Source of the DNA: an uncultured Verrucomicrobiae bacterium
Lineage (GTDB): Bacteria > Verrucomicrobiota > Verrucomicrobiia > Chthoniobacterales > JAFAMB01
Direction: 5' to 3'
Length of the DNA: 64,000 bases
Assembly: GCA_963762565.1 (NCBI GenBank)
Contig: CAVXLD010000003.1
Coordinates: 128,001 to 192,000, forward strand
The position numbers were made by a program, and so were the translations under genes. The notes under the pieces were generated by a model. The model was not told where the DNA came from and did no database searches. It saw nothing but the letters and a program-made list of their open reading frames with translations. Of this stretch, positions 21,285 through 30,543 are shown piece by piece. How positions within the stretch are numbered: the stretch's first letter is position 1; each line of letters begins with the position of its first letter.

Positions 21285-22067
21285 ATGGACTACACAGCAG
21301 ACGAGATTATGACGGTTTCGGCGGCGCGAATGCTTCGGGACCAGGCAGTTTGTTTCGTCGGGATCGGGCTTCCCTCGAAGGCCGCTAACCTGGCCCGACT
21401 AACCCATGCTCCTGACCTTGTCCTGATTTATGAATCCGGGCCGATCGGCGCCAAACCCTCGGTTCTTCCTCTCTCGATCGGTGACGGCGAACTTTCGGTG
21501 ACAGCGGATACGACGGTTTCGACCGGTGAGATTTTCAGCTTCTGGCTCCAGGGCGGAAAAATTGATGTTGGATTCCTCGGCGCCGCCCAGATTGATCGAT
21601 TTGCAAATATCAATACTACGGTAATCGGGAGCTACGAGCATCCGAGGGTTCGATTGCCCGGCGCGGGCGGTGCTCCGGAAATCGCGGGTTCAGCCGGGGA
21701 GGTTTACCTCGTGCTAAAGCAGGCCCGCAAGACGTTTGTTGAACGCCTGGATTTTGTGACCTCGGTTGGTCATGGAGACGGTGGCGACTATCGGAAGCGC
21801 CTCGGCTTGCCAGGAAAAGGTCCGGTTGTAGTCATCACCGACCTTGGAATTTTTTGTCCAGATCAGAACACGCAGGAACTAACCCTTGCGAATATTCACC
21901 CGGGCCAGGAAATCGACGAAATTCGCGCAAGAACGGGCTGGGACCTGAAAATATCGGAGGATCTACGGTTAACTCAGCCACCAACCGAAGAGGAACTGGC
22001 TGTGCTGCGGGAACTTGAGCGTCGCACGGCGGAGGCGCACGGTTTGAGAATAGCAAATAGCAAATAG
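21285..22067 (+). CDS. pcaJ: 3-oxoadipate CoA-transferase subunit B (CatJ/GctB-like)
   Basis: CFVGIGLP, LIYESG catalytic Glu, RLPGAGGAPEIA. Confidence 0.88.
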   Translation: MDYTADEIMTVSAARMLRDQAVCFVGIGLPSKAANLARLTHAPDLVLIYESGPIGAKPSVLPLSIGDGELSVTADTTVSTGEIFSFWLQGGKIDVGFLGAAQIDRFANINTTVIGSYEHPRVRLPGAGGAPEIAGSAGEVYLVLKQARKTFVERLDFVTSVGHGDGGDYRKRLGLPGKGPVVVITDLGIFCPDQNTQELTLANIHPGQEIDEIRARTGWDLKISEDLRLTQPPTEEELAVLRELERRTAEAHGLRIANSK

Positions 22068-22258
22068 CAAAAAGGGCGCTTGGTTTACGGGCCAATTCAC
22101 GAAGCGGCTCTGACAGCCGTCGCATCGGGGTTTTCGCCAAGAAAGATTGGACTTTTTTCTTGAACTCAAGCACCGCCATCTGCGATGGTCCCGCCGAGCT
22201 TTAAGCGGTCACGGAACCGGATGGCCGTGATTCCCCCCAGTTTTTAAAAGAGTTACCT

Positions 22259-24436
22259 ATGTCACGTTGTCGGCCGGTGGCGCGACGTTTTTCCCTCGGT
22301 CGCGCTTTGGGAGTCTTAGCAGCCTCTATGTTGGCTGTTAGCAGTTTGATGGTTTCGGCATTCGCCGAGAATAATGGTGTTTCTCTGGCGCCTCAGCTAG
22401 GATGGAGCAGTTGGAGCTTTGTCCGAAGAGGCCCGACGGAAGCGATCATCAAAGCGCAGGCTCTGGCAATGCACCAGAATCTGCAATCCAGCGGGTTTCA
22501 ATATGTCAATCTCGACGATTTCTGGTACCTAGATCCGCGGGTCACGGTGGACGCTTACGGTCGTTGGGTTCCTGATCCCATAACATTCCCGGACGGAATG
22601 GCGGCGCTCGGCGCCTACATTCATAGCCTGGGACTGAAATTCGGGATGTATATCACGCCTGGTATTCCCGTGGCCGCCGTTAAGGCGAATACTCCGATTG
22701 AAGGCACTCACTATACGGCCAAAGACATCGCCGATGTTCCCCAATATGAGATCAATTACAATTTCGGCAACGTTAACTATTATATCGACTTCACCAAGCC
22801 GGGAGCACAGGCATTCATTGACTCCTGGGCTAAACTTCTTGCGTCTTGGGGTGTCGACTACATAAAATTGGACGGGGTAGGAACTTGGGATGTCCCCGAT
22901 GTGATTGCCTGGTCGCAAGCGCTAAATAAGAGCGGGCGAGAGATTCATTTTGCTCTTTCTAACTCGCTCAGTCTGAATGCGGCGACCACTTGGGAAGCGT
23001 ACGCCAATAGCTGGCGTATCACTGGCGACGTTGAGTACTATCACAGTTCGGTTTATCCGCTGACAAGTTGGAGTAAAGTCCTCAATCATTTTCAGTCAAT
23101 GCCGCAGTGGACTGCGTTTTCGGCCCCTGGCCGCTGGCCGGATCCGGATTCATTAGAGATCGGAAACGGGTCACTGGACGGAATAAATTCGGACGGCAGC
23201 GCGTTCACGCAAAACGAACGGCAAACGCTGTTCAGCTGGTGGTGTGTTACGGCAGCGCCCCTCATACTAGGAACTGATCTGACCAGTAATACCGATTCCT
23301 ACGATTACTCCTTGCTACATACTAGTGAGGTGATCGCGGTTGATCAGGCGGGGGTCCAGGCAGCTCCGGTGGTGGATTATTTGAATAGCGATCCGAATGG
23401 GACTCAGCCTGAAACCTGGCGGGCTAAGGAAGCTGACAGCAGTTTCGTCGTTCTGGCATCCAATCCGTCAGGAAATACGCAGACCGGGACAACCGTTTGG
23501 TCGCTCTTTGGCATCCCAGGACCGGTAATGGTCCGCGACCTCTGGAACGGAGTTAACCTCATCGGAACCCCAAATGAGGATGGCGGATACCAAATTCCGG
23601 GTCCGCTGCCTTTCAGCCTTTCGGCATATCAGAGCCAGCTCCTAAAGGTGACGCCTATGGCGCCGATAACGCAATATCTGGTGAACGGCCCGAATTCGCA
23701 GCTGCTGGGTTCAGCTGTGTATGCGCAAGCCAATACTTGCAGCGACGGTACCAAGGCAAGCTACATTGGAAATGGGGGATCGATCGTATTCGGGAATGTT
23801 TATGCAGCAAAGGCCGGCACCTACACCCTCTCGATTCTGTATTTCACAGATCCGGCTCGCCCCAGCACAATCAGCGTTAACAATGGAGCGGCGGTGACCG
23901 TAACGTTTCCTAGCACCGGCTCTTTTTCGACGCTTGGGGCGATCACTCAGCCGGTGCTGCTCAACGCCGGCTACAATACGATAACGATTTCCGGGTCTGG
24001 CGGTTCCTACGCGCCTGACATCGATTCGATCACGGTCCCAGCAACCACCACTCAGTACCTGGCAGACGCGGCGAAATTTACCGGCAAGGACGTCGCAATC
24101 GTCGCCTCGCCTGAGGGCACCGACGGAAAGAAACTCTCGGTTAGCCAAGGAGGCAATTACACGGTTACGTTTGACGTGTCCATTGCCAGCGGTGGAGCTC
24201 ACTCACTGTTGATATTGTATCTCTCCGGGTCGGCGGCATCGGCTGATATCAAAGCCAGTTCATCAAAAGCGGTGGTTGTGAATTTTCTTTCGACGAGCGG
24301 CAATCCGGGAAATTCGGATGTCGTTGGCGTAGCCAATGTAAATCTGGACCTCCGGCAGGGTTCGAATACGATCACGATTTCTTCGGTTTCCAAAGAGACG
24401 GCTCCTGACCTTGATTCAATCATCGTGGTCGAGTAG
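22259..24436 (+). CDS. Secreted GH27 alpha-galactosidase with two C-terminal CBM35/CBM6-like modules
   Basis: PQLGWSSW, VNLDDFW, DYIKLD, WRITGD, DPDSL; repeated L..G.NTITIS....APD.DSI. Confidence 0.9.
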   Translation: MSRCRPVARRFSLGRALGVLAASMLAVSSLMVSAFAENNGVSLAPQLGWSSWSFVRRGPTEAIIKAQALAMHQNLQSSGFQYVNLDDFWYLDPRVTVDAYGRWVPDPITFPDGMAALGAYIHSLGLKFGMYITPGIPVAAVKANTPIEGTHYTAKDIADVPQYEINYNFGNVNYYIDFTKPGAQAFIDSWAKLLASWGVDYIKLDGVGTWDVPDVIAWSQALNKSGREIHFALSNSLSLNAATTWEAYANSWRITGDVEYYHSSVYPLTSWSKVLNHFQSMPQWTAFSAPGRWPDPDSLEIGNGSLDGINSDGSAFTQNERQTLFSWWCVTAAPLILGTDLTSNTDSYDYSLLHTSEVIAVDQAGVQAAPVVDYLNSDPNGTQPETWRAKEADSSFVVLASNPSGNTQTGTTVWSLFGIPGPVMVRDLWNGVNLIGTPNEDGGYQIPGPLPFSLSAYQSQLLKVTPMAPITQYLVNGPNSQLLGSAVYAQANTCSDGTKASYIGNGGSIVFGNVYAAKAGTYTLSILYFTDPARPSTISVNNGAAVTVTFPSTGSFSTLGAITQPVLLNAGYNTITISGSGGSYAPDIDSITVPATTTQYLADAAKFTGKDVAIVASPEGTDGKKLSVSQGGNYTVTFDVSIASGGAHSLLILYLSGSAASADIKASSSKAVVVNFLSTSGNPGNSDVVGVANVNLDLRQGSNTITISSVSKETAPDLDSIIVVE

Positions 24437-24466
24437 ACCCGGTTGGGACTGCACCCATCGCCGAAA

Positions 24467-24709
24467 CGGAGAGGAGCCGCATTCCGCGCTCTATCATCGC
24501 CGGCGTTCTTCCATACACGACGCTCCGCGTCTCAAGCATGTATTATCTGCGGCTCCCTTGATCGCTTGACCAGACCCCCAAACGTGCAACCTCAAACGGC
24601 TTGGTACGGTCTTCGGGGCGTCGCGGTTGTGGCACAGGACAAACGTTGCGCTTACTCTTAGGTCGCAGACGCGATCGGTATAGCAACTCTGAATGCAACG
24701 CCCCTCCGT
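24467..24709. repeat. Family F MITE-like repeat upstream of the tubulin-like gene
   Basis: cggagaggagccgcattc ... gaatgcaacgcccctccg; core shared with 4399-4514. Confidence 0.7.
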
Positions 24710-24890
24710 TCCTCCTCTGGTACAGCTCAGGATGCGAACCAGACCTATAACACGGTATAGGATTGTTAGTTACAACCTCGAATCATGCGTTTCGCGGCTT
24801 CTTTTTGTTCGACGATCGAAAATTCTCGCGTTCGTCCCTTGCTCCGCGAGTGGGCACATCTAGACTGAAGGGAACTCCCGATATCTGTAC

Positions 24891-26963
24891 ATGAATGCGA
24901 CCGAATTGAACGTAAACGAGTCCGTCTCAGGAGCTGAAGAAACGGTAAGGCCGACGCCTGAGGGATTAATTCTTGCCGAAATTACAAACACCGTGACGCA
25001 GTTTAATGTCGAAGACATTCTGCAACGGCTGAAAGCCTTCGCCCAGAGTCTGAAGCAGCATCCTAAATCGTCACGGGACCACGCCGGCGATGTAGCCCTG
25101 CCGACCGTGGGAATTATTGGGATGGGCCGGTGCGGAACGAATATCGCCATCGACCTGGCCAATCTGGTGTACGAACAACGGAAGATTGGAATAAAAGAAC
25201 TATCACGTCGTGGGCGCGCCATGGCAAAGCGCCAGTCGCCCGCTGAGAAAAGATCGGAATCAAGCCATACTCGATCTGCCAACGGAAAAGCGGACGCGCC
25301 TTCATTCTGGGAACGCCTCTTTGGAGAAAAATCTGATCGTGATCAGGTGTTTCTGGTCGACCCAGTCATTCTCACGGCCGACCTGGACGGGGATACCACG
25401 CAAAGAATCAAGGTGGCGAATCCGACGCTTACCCAAGGCGCGCTCAGGTTCGGGATCACGGAGCTCGATTGGCTTAACCGGGGCGGTGCTGGCAATATCC
25501 CCGTCGTAGGACATTATTTGGCGACCTTGGCGCTCTTGGCCGAGGCAAAACCTGAAACGCCTTGGGCTCGCCACCGGAGCTACCTCGTCGATTCTTCCGG
25601 GTTGGCGGCCAATGCCTCCCGCCTTTTTTTCTATCTATTTAGCGCGGGCGGCGGATCGGGATCCGGTATGGCGCCGGTGTTTGGCCGGGCTCAACAACAA
25701 GCCCGAATGGTCAACGTAAAGCGGCAACGCCCAACCGGGCAGTCAACGCGGGAATATACAGAGGCGCTGTGCAGCGTTGGTGTCGCTGTTCTTCCGGATA
25801 TTTTGAGGACCGCGCATTCCCAGCATTACAACGCTGGCCGCCTTTTGTGCGAGTACTTGGCTTCGCTGAATCGCTTCGAACAAAGCTTCGATCCCGCGAC
25901 GGGCATGCCGCTACCGACATTTAATTGTTTGTTACTGGTGTCGAACACGGTGGTTCATCACGCGCTTGGTGAACGCTTTTCTTCCGAAATATACGCGGTC
26001 AAGGCTGAGCAGCTCGCGAACAAATATGTGGCTCGGCAACTCTTTAACCTGCTGACCGCACAAGCGTTGGTCGAAGATTATCGGATCACGGATCCAAAGG
26101 TAATTCCCGCAATGAATGCGGCAGGCATCAGTCTCGATGATACGACGAAGCTTGATATTAACGACTTGGAGAATTCGTTAAGCGGCACAGCCGTGATTGG
26201 GTACGCCGAGCAATTCGGGCATGAAGATTTCGGACAGCTGTTCCTGCGAGCGGTTTCTCCTGCCTCGTATAATTCGGACAATGAAGTTTTTGAAGGTATT
26301 AGCCTGCTTCCAAACAAATTTGAGGATTACCAGGCGACAATCGAGGCCTGCCGCAAGAATAACTCGATCGAACAGCTGCGAGACTTGGCCTTGTTTGGAA
26401 AAGCTTTGTCCGTAGTCGCAATTGTGTCGGCTCCACGGTCAGAACTATTTGAGCAATACAATCTTCGCAAGGTGCATGAAAATATAGAATCGCTTTTTCC
26501 GAACGCGACGATCAAGCGTTATGCGCTCATCTTGGGTGCTTCGGAGAATTGTTCCTTGACCCTGATTATTTCCGGCAGTGCATGTCTGGTGCCGGACGCG
26601 TTGTTTGCCATTCGAAATTATATCTTTGGTTGCTTCGTCGCCGACAACGGGCAACAGGAGCGTTTCACGCAGGTATTTAACCAACTTATGTCGAACCGTC
26701 AGTTTGAGCCTGGCGAGTTGGCTTCGATGCTGCGAGACAAAGAATCGCTAGACCCGATCATTGTGGGTATGGGCAGCCAAGGAGCCTGGCGCCGGCGGAA
26801 ACAAGAATTGGAATTGAGAGCTCAAAGCTTAAACCCGCGCAATGTCCCAAATAGTGCGCCGCCAGTAGTCGTAGAAGATGTTCTGCTTTCGAGACAGGAG
26901 GTAATCGACGCGTTGGAGTACATACATAGGGTGAGCAGTTTCCATAGACCGGTGACGGTTTAG
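24891..26963 (+). CDS. Divergent tubulin/FtsZ-superfamily GTPase
   Basis: IGMGRCGTNIA (T1), ADLD (T2), GGAGN (T3), SAGGGSGSGM (T4 signature), LLLVSN (T6), LDINDL (T7). Confidence 0.85.
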   Translation: MNATELNVNESVSGAEETVRPTPEGLILAEITNTVTQFNVEDILQRLKAFAQSLKQHPKSSRDHAGDVALPTVGIIGMGRCGTNIAIDLANLVYEQRKIGIKELSRRGRAMAKRQSPAEKRSESSHTRSANGKADAPSFWERLFGEKSDRDQVFLVDPVILTADLDGDTTQRIKVANPTLTQGALRFGITELDWLNRGGAGNIPVVGHYLATLALLAEAKPETPWARHRSYLVDSSGLAANASRLFFYLFSAGGGSGSGMAPVFGRAQQQARMVNVKRQRPTGQSTREYTEALCSVGVAVLPDILRTAHSQHYNAGRLLCEYLASLNRFEQSFDPATGMPLPTFNCLLLVSNTVVHHALGERFSSEIYAVKAEQLANKYVARQLFNLLTAQALVEDYRITDPKVIPAMNAAGISLDDTTKLDINDLENSLSGTAVIGYAEQFGHEDFGQLFLRAVSPASYNSDNEVFEGISLLPNKFEDYQATIEACRKNNSIEQLRDLALFGKALSVVAIVSAPRSELFEQYNLRKVHENIESLFPNATIKRYALILGASENCSLTLIISGSACLVPDALFAIRNYIFGCFVADNGQQERFTQVFNQLMSNRQFEPGELASMLRDKESLDPIIVGMGSQGAWRRRKQELELRAQSLNPRNVPNSAPPVVVEDVLLSRQEVIDALEYIHRVSSFHRPVTV

Positions 26964-27061
26964 TGTGCTCGGCTAGCCGCGCACGTGAGAAGTGAGAAGT
27001 GATAAGTGATTGGTGATTGGTGATTGGGTACGAGGCGCGAAAGAAGCTTATGGGCCTGCAG

Positions 27062-27793
27062 TTAGGCCACGAGATCTTCGTCCCATTTTTCGGCTGTTAC
27101 CGGCACCTTCCCAGCGATCAAGTCTGCGAATGCGAGCAAAGTTTTAAGCGCATCACCGACTGGATAGTAGAAGGCGTCCCAATGCTCGCTGTCTTCGCCG
27201 TCGTGGTTTGGGATGACATAATCGAAATGCCAAGCGTCTTTCAATTCGGTGTATGCGCTTGTCGCGCGGCGTTCGATGTTTTCGAGATCCTTCAGGGACA
27301 AAGTCCCTTTTTGCCGTTGGGTGCGCCGCAACAGCTTGTGACGCATCACATCGGTCAGAAAATCCGGCAACGAGACGTTGCGTGATTTCAAAAATACGAT
27401 CTCCGCGCGCGACAGGGGCGAGAGAAAAACGGTCAGCAGATTCACTTTTGCCGTCAGCGCTTCCTGCAGTCTCCGCCCGACAAAAGGATTGCCCTCGAAA
27501 AAGAGCTCGCCCGTCGCAGAGGCCCGATCGAGATCACTTAAATCGACGGCTTGCAGGTCTCCTCGCACATCAAGAACAATAAAATTTTCTCGTTTGCGGA
27601 AGGTTTCGATTTCTTCTCGCGGTCGGAACCAATAGTCTTTGCCATCGATTTCGCCGGGTCGGGGGGAACGACAATTGTAAAGCACGAGCTTGCGCAAACT
27701 CGCGGCTGATTCGGGATAAAATTTTAAGAACGCGTGGTGAAGCGGGCCTTTGCCGACACAGGACGGACCGGAAAGGATAATGAATCGTCCCAT
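27062..27793 (-). CDS. gmk: Guanylate kinase-like protein (atypical, long)
   Basis: ILSGPSCVGKG P-loop; RSPRPGEIDGKDYWF. Confidence 0.75.
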   Translation of the reverse strand: MGRFIILSGPSCVGKGPLHHAFLKFYPESAASLRKLVLYNCRSPRPGEIDGKDYWFRPREEIETFRKRENFIVLDVRGDLQAVDLSDLDRASATGELFFEGNPFVGRRLQEALTAKVNLLTVFLSPLSRAEIVFLKSRNVSLPDFLTDVMRHKLLRRTQRQKGTLSLKDLENIERRATSAYTELKDAWHFDYVIPNHDGEDSEHWDAFYYPVGDALKTLLAFADLIAGKVPVTAEKWDEDLVA

Positions 27794-27901
27794 GTAAGAA
27801 ACAGAGCTAGGCTAGATCAGGATTCAAGCGCATAGTTGCCCCGGCTCAATAGCTCCGTAACGTAAAACCGCCGACATTTTTGCGACGGTCTGAGGCAACA
27901 T

Positions 27902-28402
27902 ATGAGCAATACGGAATCACTGAAAAAGCTCGTTGGGAATTGGTTGATCGATGTGCAACGGCGCGGGGCTGAGCTCTACGCCGAGAACCAGGCAGATGAA
28001 GCGTTGTACCTTTCGTTTGAAGGACGGGATCTACTGCGATTCGCCGTCAGGATCGATTTCGTGGCTCAGGAAATAATGGTGCACATTAATAGCGCCGCGC
28101 TGAGCACCGCTAAGCGCGAAAGTTTTATATTAAATGAGGAGAGTCTTCGCTCGCTGGCGAAACAAATGTGTCCCGTTCGGGAAGGACAGGCGATTATTTC
28201 TGTCTATGTTCTCGCCCGGCTGGCGATTATGTGCCACGCCTATCAACGCTTGTTGGAAGAATACGACCGGGAACACCACATTCATACATCAACACATACG
28301 GTGCAGGAGATCGAAGCTGATCTGCGCGAGTGTCTGACTCCTGAGGAACAGCAAAGGACCGAAAATCCTTTCTTACGACAGAAGAGTGAAGGGGTGAAAT
28401 GA
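27902..28402 (+). CDS. Hypothetical protein
   Basis: 166-aa ORF with gagg RBS; no family recognised. Confidence 0.65.
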   Translation: MSNTESLKKLVGNWLIDVQRRGAELYAENQADEALYLSFEGRDLLRFAVRIDFVAQEIMVHINSAALSTAKRESFILNEESLRSLAKQMCPVREGQAIISVYVLARLAIMCHAYQRLLEEYDREHHIHTSTHTVQEIEADLRECLTPEEQQRTENPFLRQKSEGVK

Positions 28403-28545
28403 GTCCTATAGTCAGGGAGGTTTTTTGTCCCGAAGAGACTACAGGACTCAGCCTGGGGTTTTAACCTGGCTAAAGCCCTGGGTTACGCGATTAACAAATG
28501 CGCCCTGAAAGCACTTCCAACCCCGCCTTATCGGGGTGCAATTCG

Positions 28546-28674
28546 GGGAGGGCGCGTCCTCGCGCGCCGCGAGGACGTGCCACCACCAAGCGGCCTATTT
28601 TCTTCCGGGATCAAAACACGCCCCCGGTTTCGGTCACGATCCGGCAGGTGCCGGGCGAGGACGCGATCCCTCCC
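28546..28674 (+). repeat. Family A element
   Basis: GGGAGGGCGCGTCCTCGCGCGC ... GCGAGGACGCGATCCCTCCC. Confidence 0.8.
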
Positions 28675-28734
28675 GCCTCGTGCGCCTTCAGCATCTCCAA
28701 CCCCGCGTCCGCGGGGTGCTTTTCGGACTTGGCG

Positions 28735-28895
28735 CAATACTCCAATACTCCAACACTCCGCGTGGCCGGATTCGAGGACAGCCTGTCCGCCGTAGCCTAG
28801 AGGCTCCATGTTGCCAACCGCTCGAAGTCGGCCTCGCAAGCGAGGCGCGCTCCACAACCAAGGAGTCGGCGAAGGCGGAAGGACGAGAACGAACG
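28735..28895. repeat. Nested E/C/D repeat with octamers (reverse of 11458-11635)
   Basis: ttcgaggac|agcctgtccgccgtagcc..gtcggcctcgcaagcgaggcgcgctccac..ggcgaaggcgga|aggacgagaacg. Confidence 0.8.
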
Positions 28896-28964
28896 AAGCG
28901 GGAAGATAATGTCTTGGGAAATTTGAAAGAATTGCTCCAGATTGTGTCTATTCCGTAGCGATCC

Positions 28965-29417
28965 ATGAAAGACAAACTCATCATCGTCGTCGATCTTGGT
29001 CTAGTCAGGGCGTATCGAATTGAGCTGAGTCCACAGCGAACTCCGCGCCTACAACAGCTCCAGCAGGTGGTGCTGGATGAGGCGCATAGCCGGATAAAGG
29101 ATCGAGTCACGGATTTTGCGGGCAGACATGGATCACCAACGCAAAAAAGTCGGAGTGCGCCAAAGGCGGATGACCAAAATCTTAAGCTCGAATCCAAACG
29201 ACGTCTGATTCGTCAGATTGCTGTCAGGATCACCCAGATCATCCAGCAGAATGCCAAGAACGGATGTTGGTTGGCTGCGCCGAAGGAAATCAATTTGCAA
29301 ATACTGAACGAATTACCTCCGGCGGCCCGAGAGCGGATCCAGAAGACTGTGCCATGTGATTTTACCAAGCTTAGTCCCGCGGAGGTGCTGGAACACTTTC
29401 TGGAACGGACTGTGTGA
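28965..29417 (+). CDS. Host attachment protein family (baeRF-like)
   Basis: LIIVVDLGLVRAY...VTDFAGR...LAAPKEI...DFTKL. Confidence 0.75.
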   Translation: MKDKLIIVVDLGLVRAYRIELSPQRTPRLQQLQQVVLDEAHSRIKDRVTDFAGRHGSPTQKSRSAPKADDQNLKLESKRRLIRQIAVRITQIIQQNAKNGCWLAAPKEINLQILNELPPAARERIQKTVPCDFTKLSPAEVLEHFLERTV

Positions 29418-29435
29418 CGAGCGTCCGCTCGTCAC

Positions 29436-29730
29436 GTGAGAAGTGAGAGGTGAGAAGTGGGGGGTTGCAAAATCGTTCTCATCCTCGTCGTCGTCCTTCC
29501 GCCTTCGCCGACTCCTTGGTTGTGGAGCGCGCCTCGCTTGCGAGGCCGACTTCGAGCGGTTGGCAACATAGACCGTTGGCTACGGCGGACAGGCTGTCCT
29601 CGAATACGCGTCCCAGCTTCAAACGCATTGAATTTCCCCAGGTCCATTCCCAGCGCGCCGTCCTGGGTTCGTACCGTGGGAAGAACGGATTTTTCGAGGA
29701 CGAGGACGACGACGAAGGACGAGGACGATT
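29436..29730. repeat. GTGAGAR heptamers plus family E inverted pair with nested C/D
   Basis: aatcgttctcatcctcgtcgtcgtcc..cggacaggctgtcctcgaa ... ttcgaggacgaggacgacgacgaaggacgaggacgatt. Confidence 0.8.
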
Positions 29731-29758
29731 TCGGCCTATTACAGGCCTCAAAAGCTGC

Positions 29759-29791
29759 TGACATAGGGCTGTCATCGTGGCCCTCTACTGT
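29759..29791 (+). promoter_or_regulatory. Candidate WYL-activated promoter
   Basis: TGACA-N6-TGTCAT-N10-TACTGT. Confidence 0.6.
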
Positions 29792-29865
29792 GGCGAAGCG
29801 AGCGATTGGACGGGAATAAATAGCCCCAGTCGTTCGTATAACACCTTGAGGATCAGGAGACAGCC

Positions 29866-30252
29866 ATGATGAAAGAAGACGCAACAATACTAGTGGGCCG
29901 GCAGCGAAAGCGTGAGAATTTGAACGGCCTCTTCGTATTGTGGCTATTGATATTAGTACTCGCGTTGGTCGGCGCCATCGTAGCCGCGAGCAGCAACGCA
30001 CCAGTGATCTGGATGTTGGCGTGGCCAGCGCCGTTGATTGTGATCTTTACAGCCGCCAGGTTTATCGGTGAAGGGTTCCACACGCGAGATGGGGTCCTGG
30101 TTTTCGGACGGCCGATGACAACACATCCAAATGTTCCGCTCGCCGGCGCCGTTGATTCGGCAACGAGCCGTCATGTTGTTGAGGGACGGAAGGAATTAGA
30201 GAAACGCTGGCACGAACAAAAGCGAAAGTTTGGCCCATACCTAAGGCAATGA
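29866..30252 (+). CDS. Hypothetical membrane protein (2 TM)
   Basis: caggag RBS; two hydrophobic segments. Confidence 0.7.
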   Translation: MMKEDATILVGRQRKRENLNGLFVLWLLILVLALVGAIVAASSNAPVIWMLAWPAPLIVIFTAARFIGEGFHTRDGVLVFGRPMTTHPNVPLAGAVDSATSRHVVEGRKELEKRWHEQKRKFGPYLRQ

Positions 30253-30324
30253 GCACCATGTAGAAAGATGGTTACCCGAAGAACGGATTCGGAGTGCCGC
30301 TAAAGCTTGTTTGAACCCGGATCC

Positions 30325-30507
30325 GGAGGCGCGCGTCCCCGCGCGCTTTTTTTTTGCGCGTGCCATCAGACGAAAGGCCTCGGTTGGTTCTCGGTTTGGA
30401 ACCTGCCGCGCTTCGGAAACGGATCGCGAGGATCCGACGTCGCCAACATCTCGAAGAAAAAGAGCCTCAAAACAGAAGGCTATGTCGGACAGGCAGCGAT
30501 CCCTCCC
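30325..30507 (+). repeat. Family A element with nested family C insertion
   Basis: ggatcgcgagga[tccgacgtcgcc...ggctatgtcggacaggca]gcgatccctccc. Confidence 0.8.
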
Positions 30508-30543
30508 CTTGCAAGAGACCGCACTCCACACTAGTGGAACGTC

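Noticed and set aside
24891..26963. Canonical ftsZ or btubA/btubB
   Set aside because: Too long and divergent, lacks the GGGG.N/NTD/GGGTGTG FtsZ pattern and dcw context, and has no second tubulin gene
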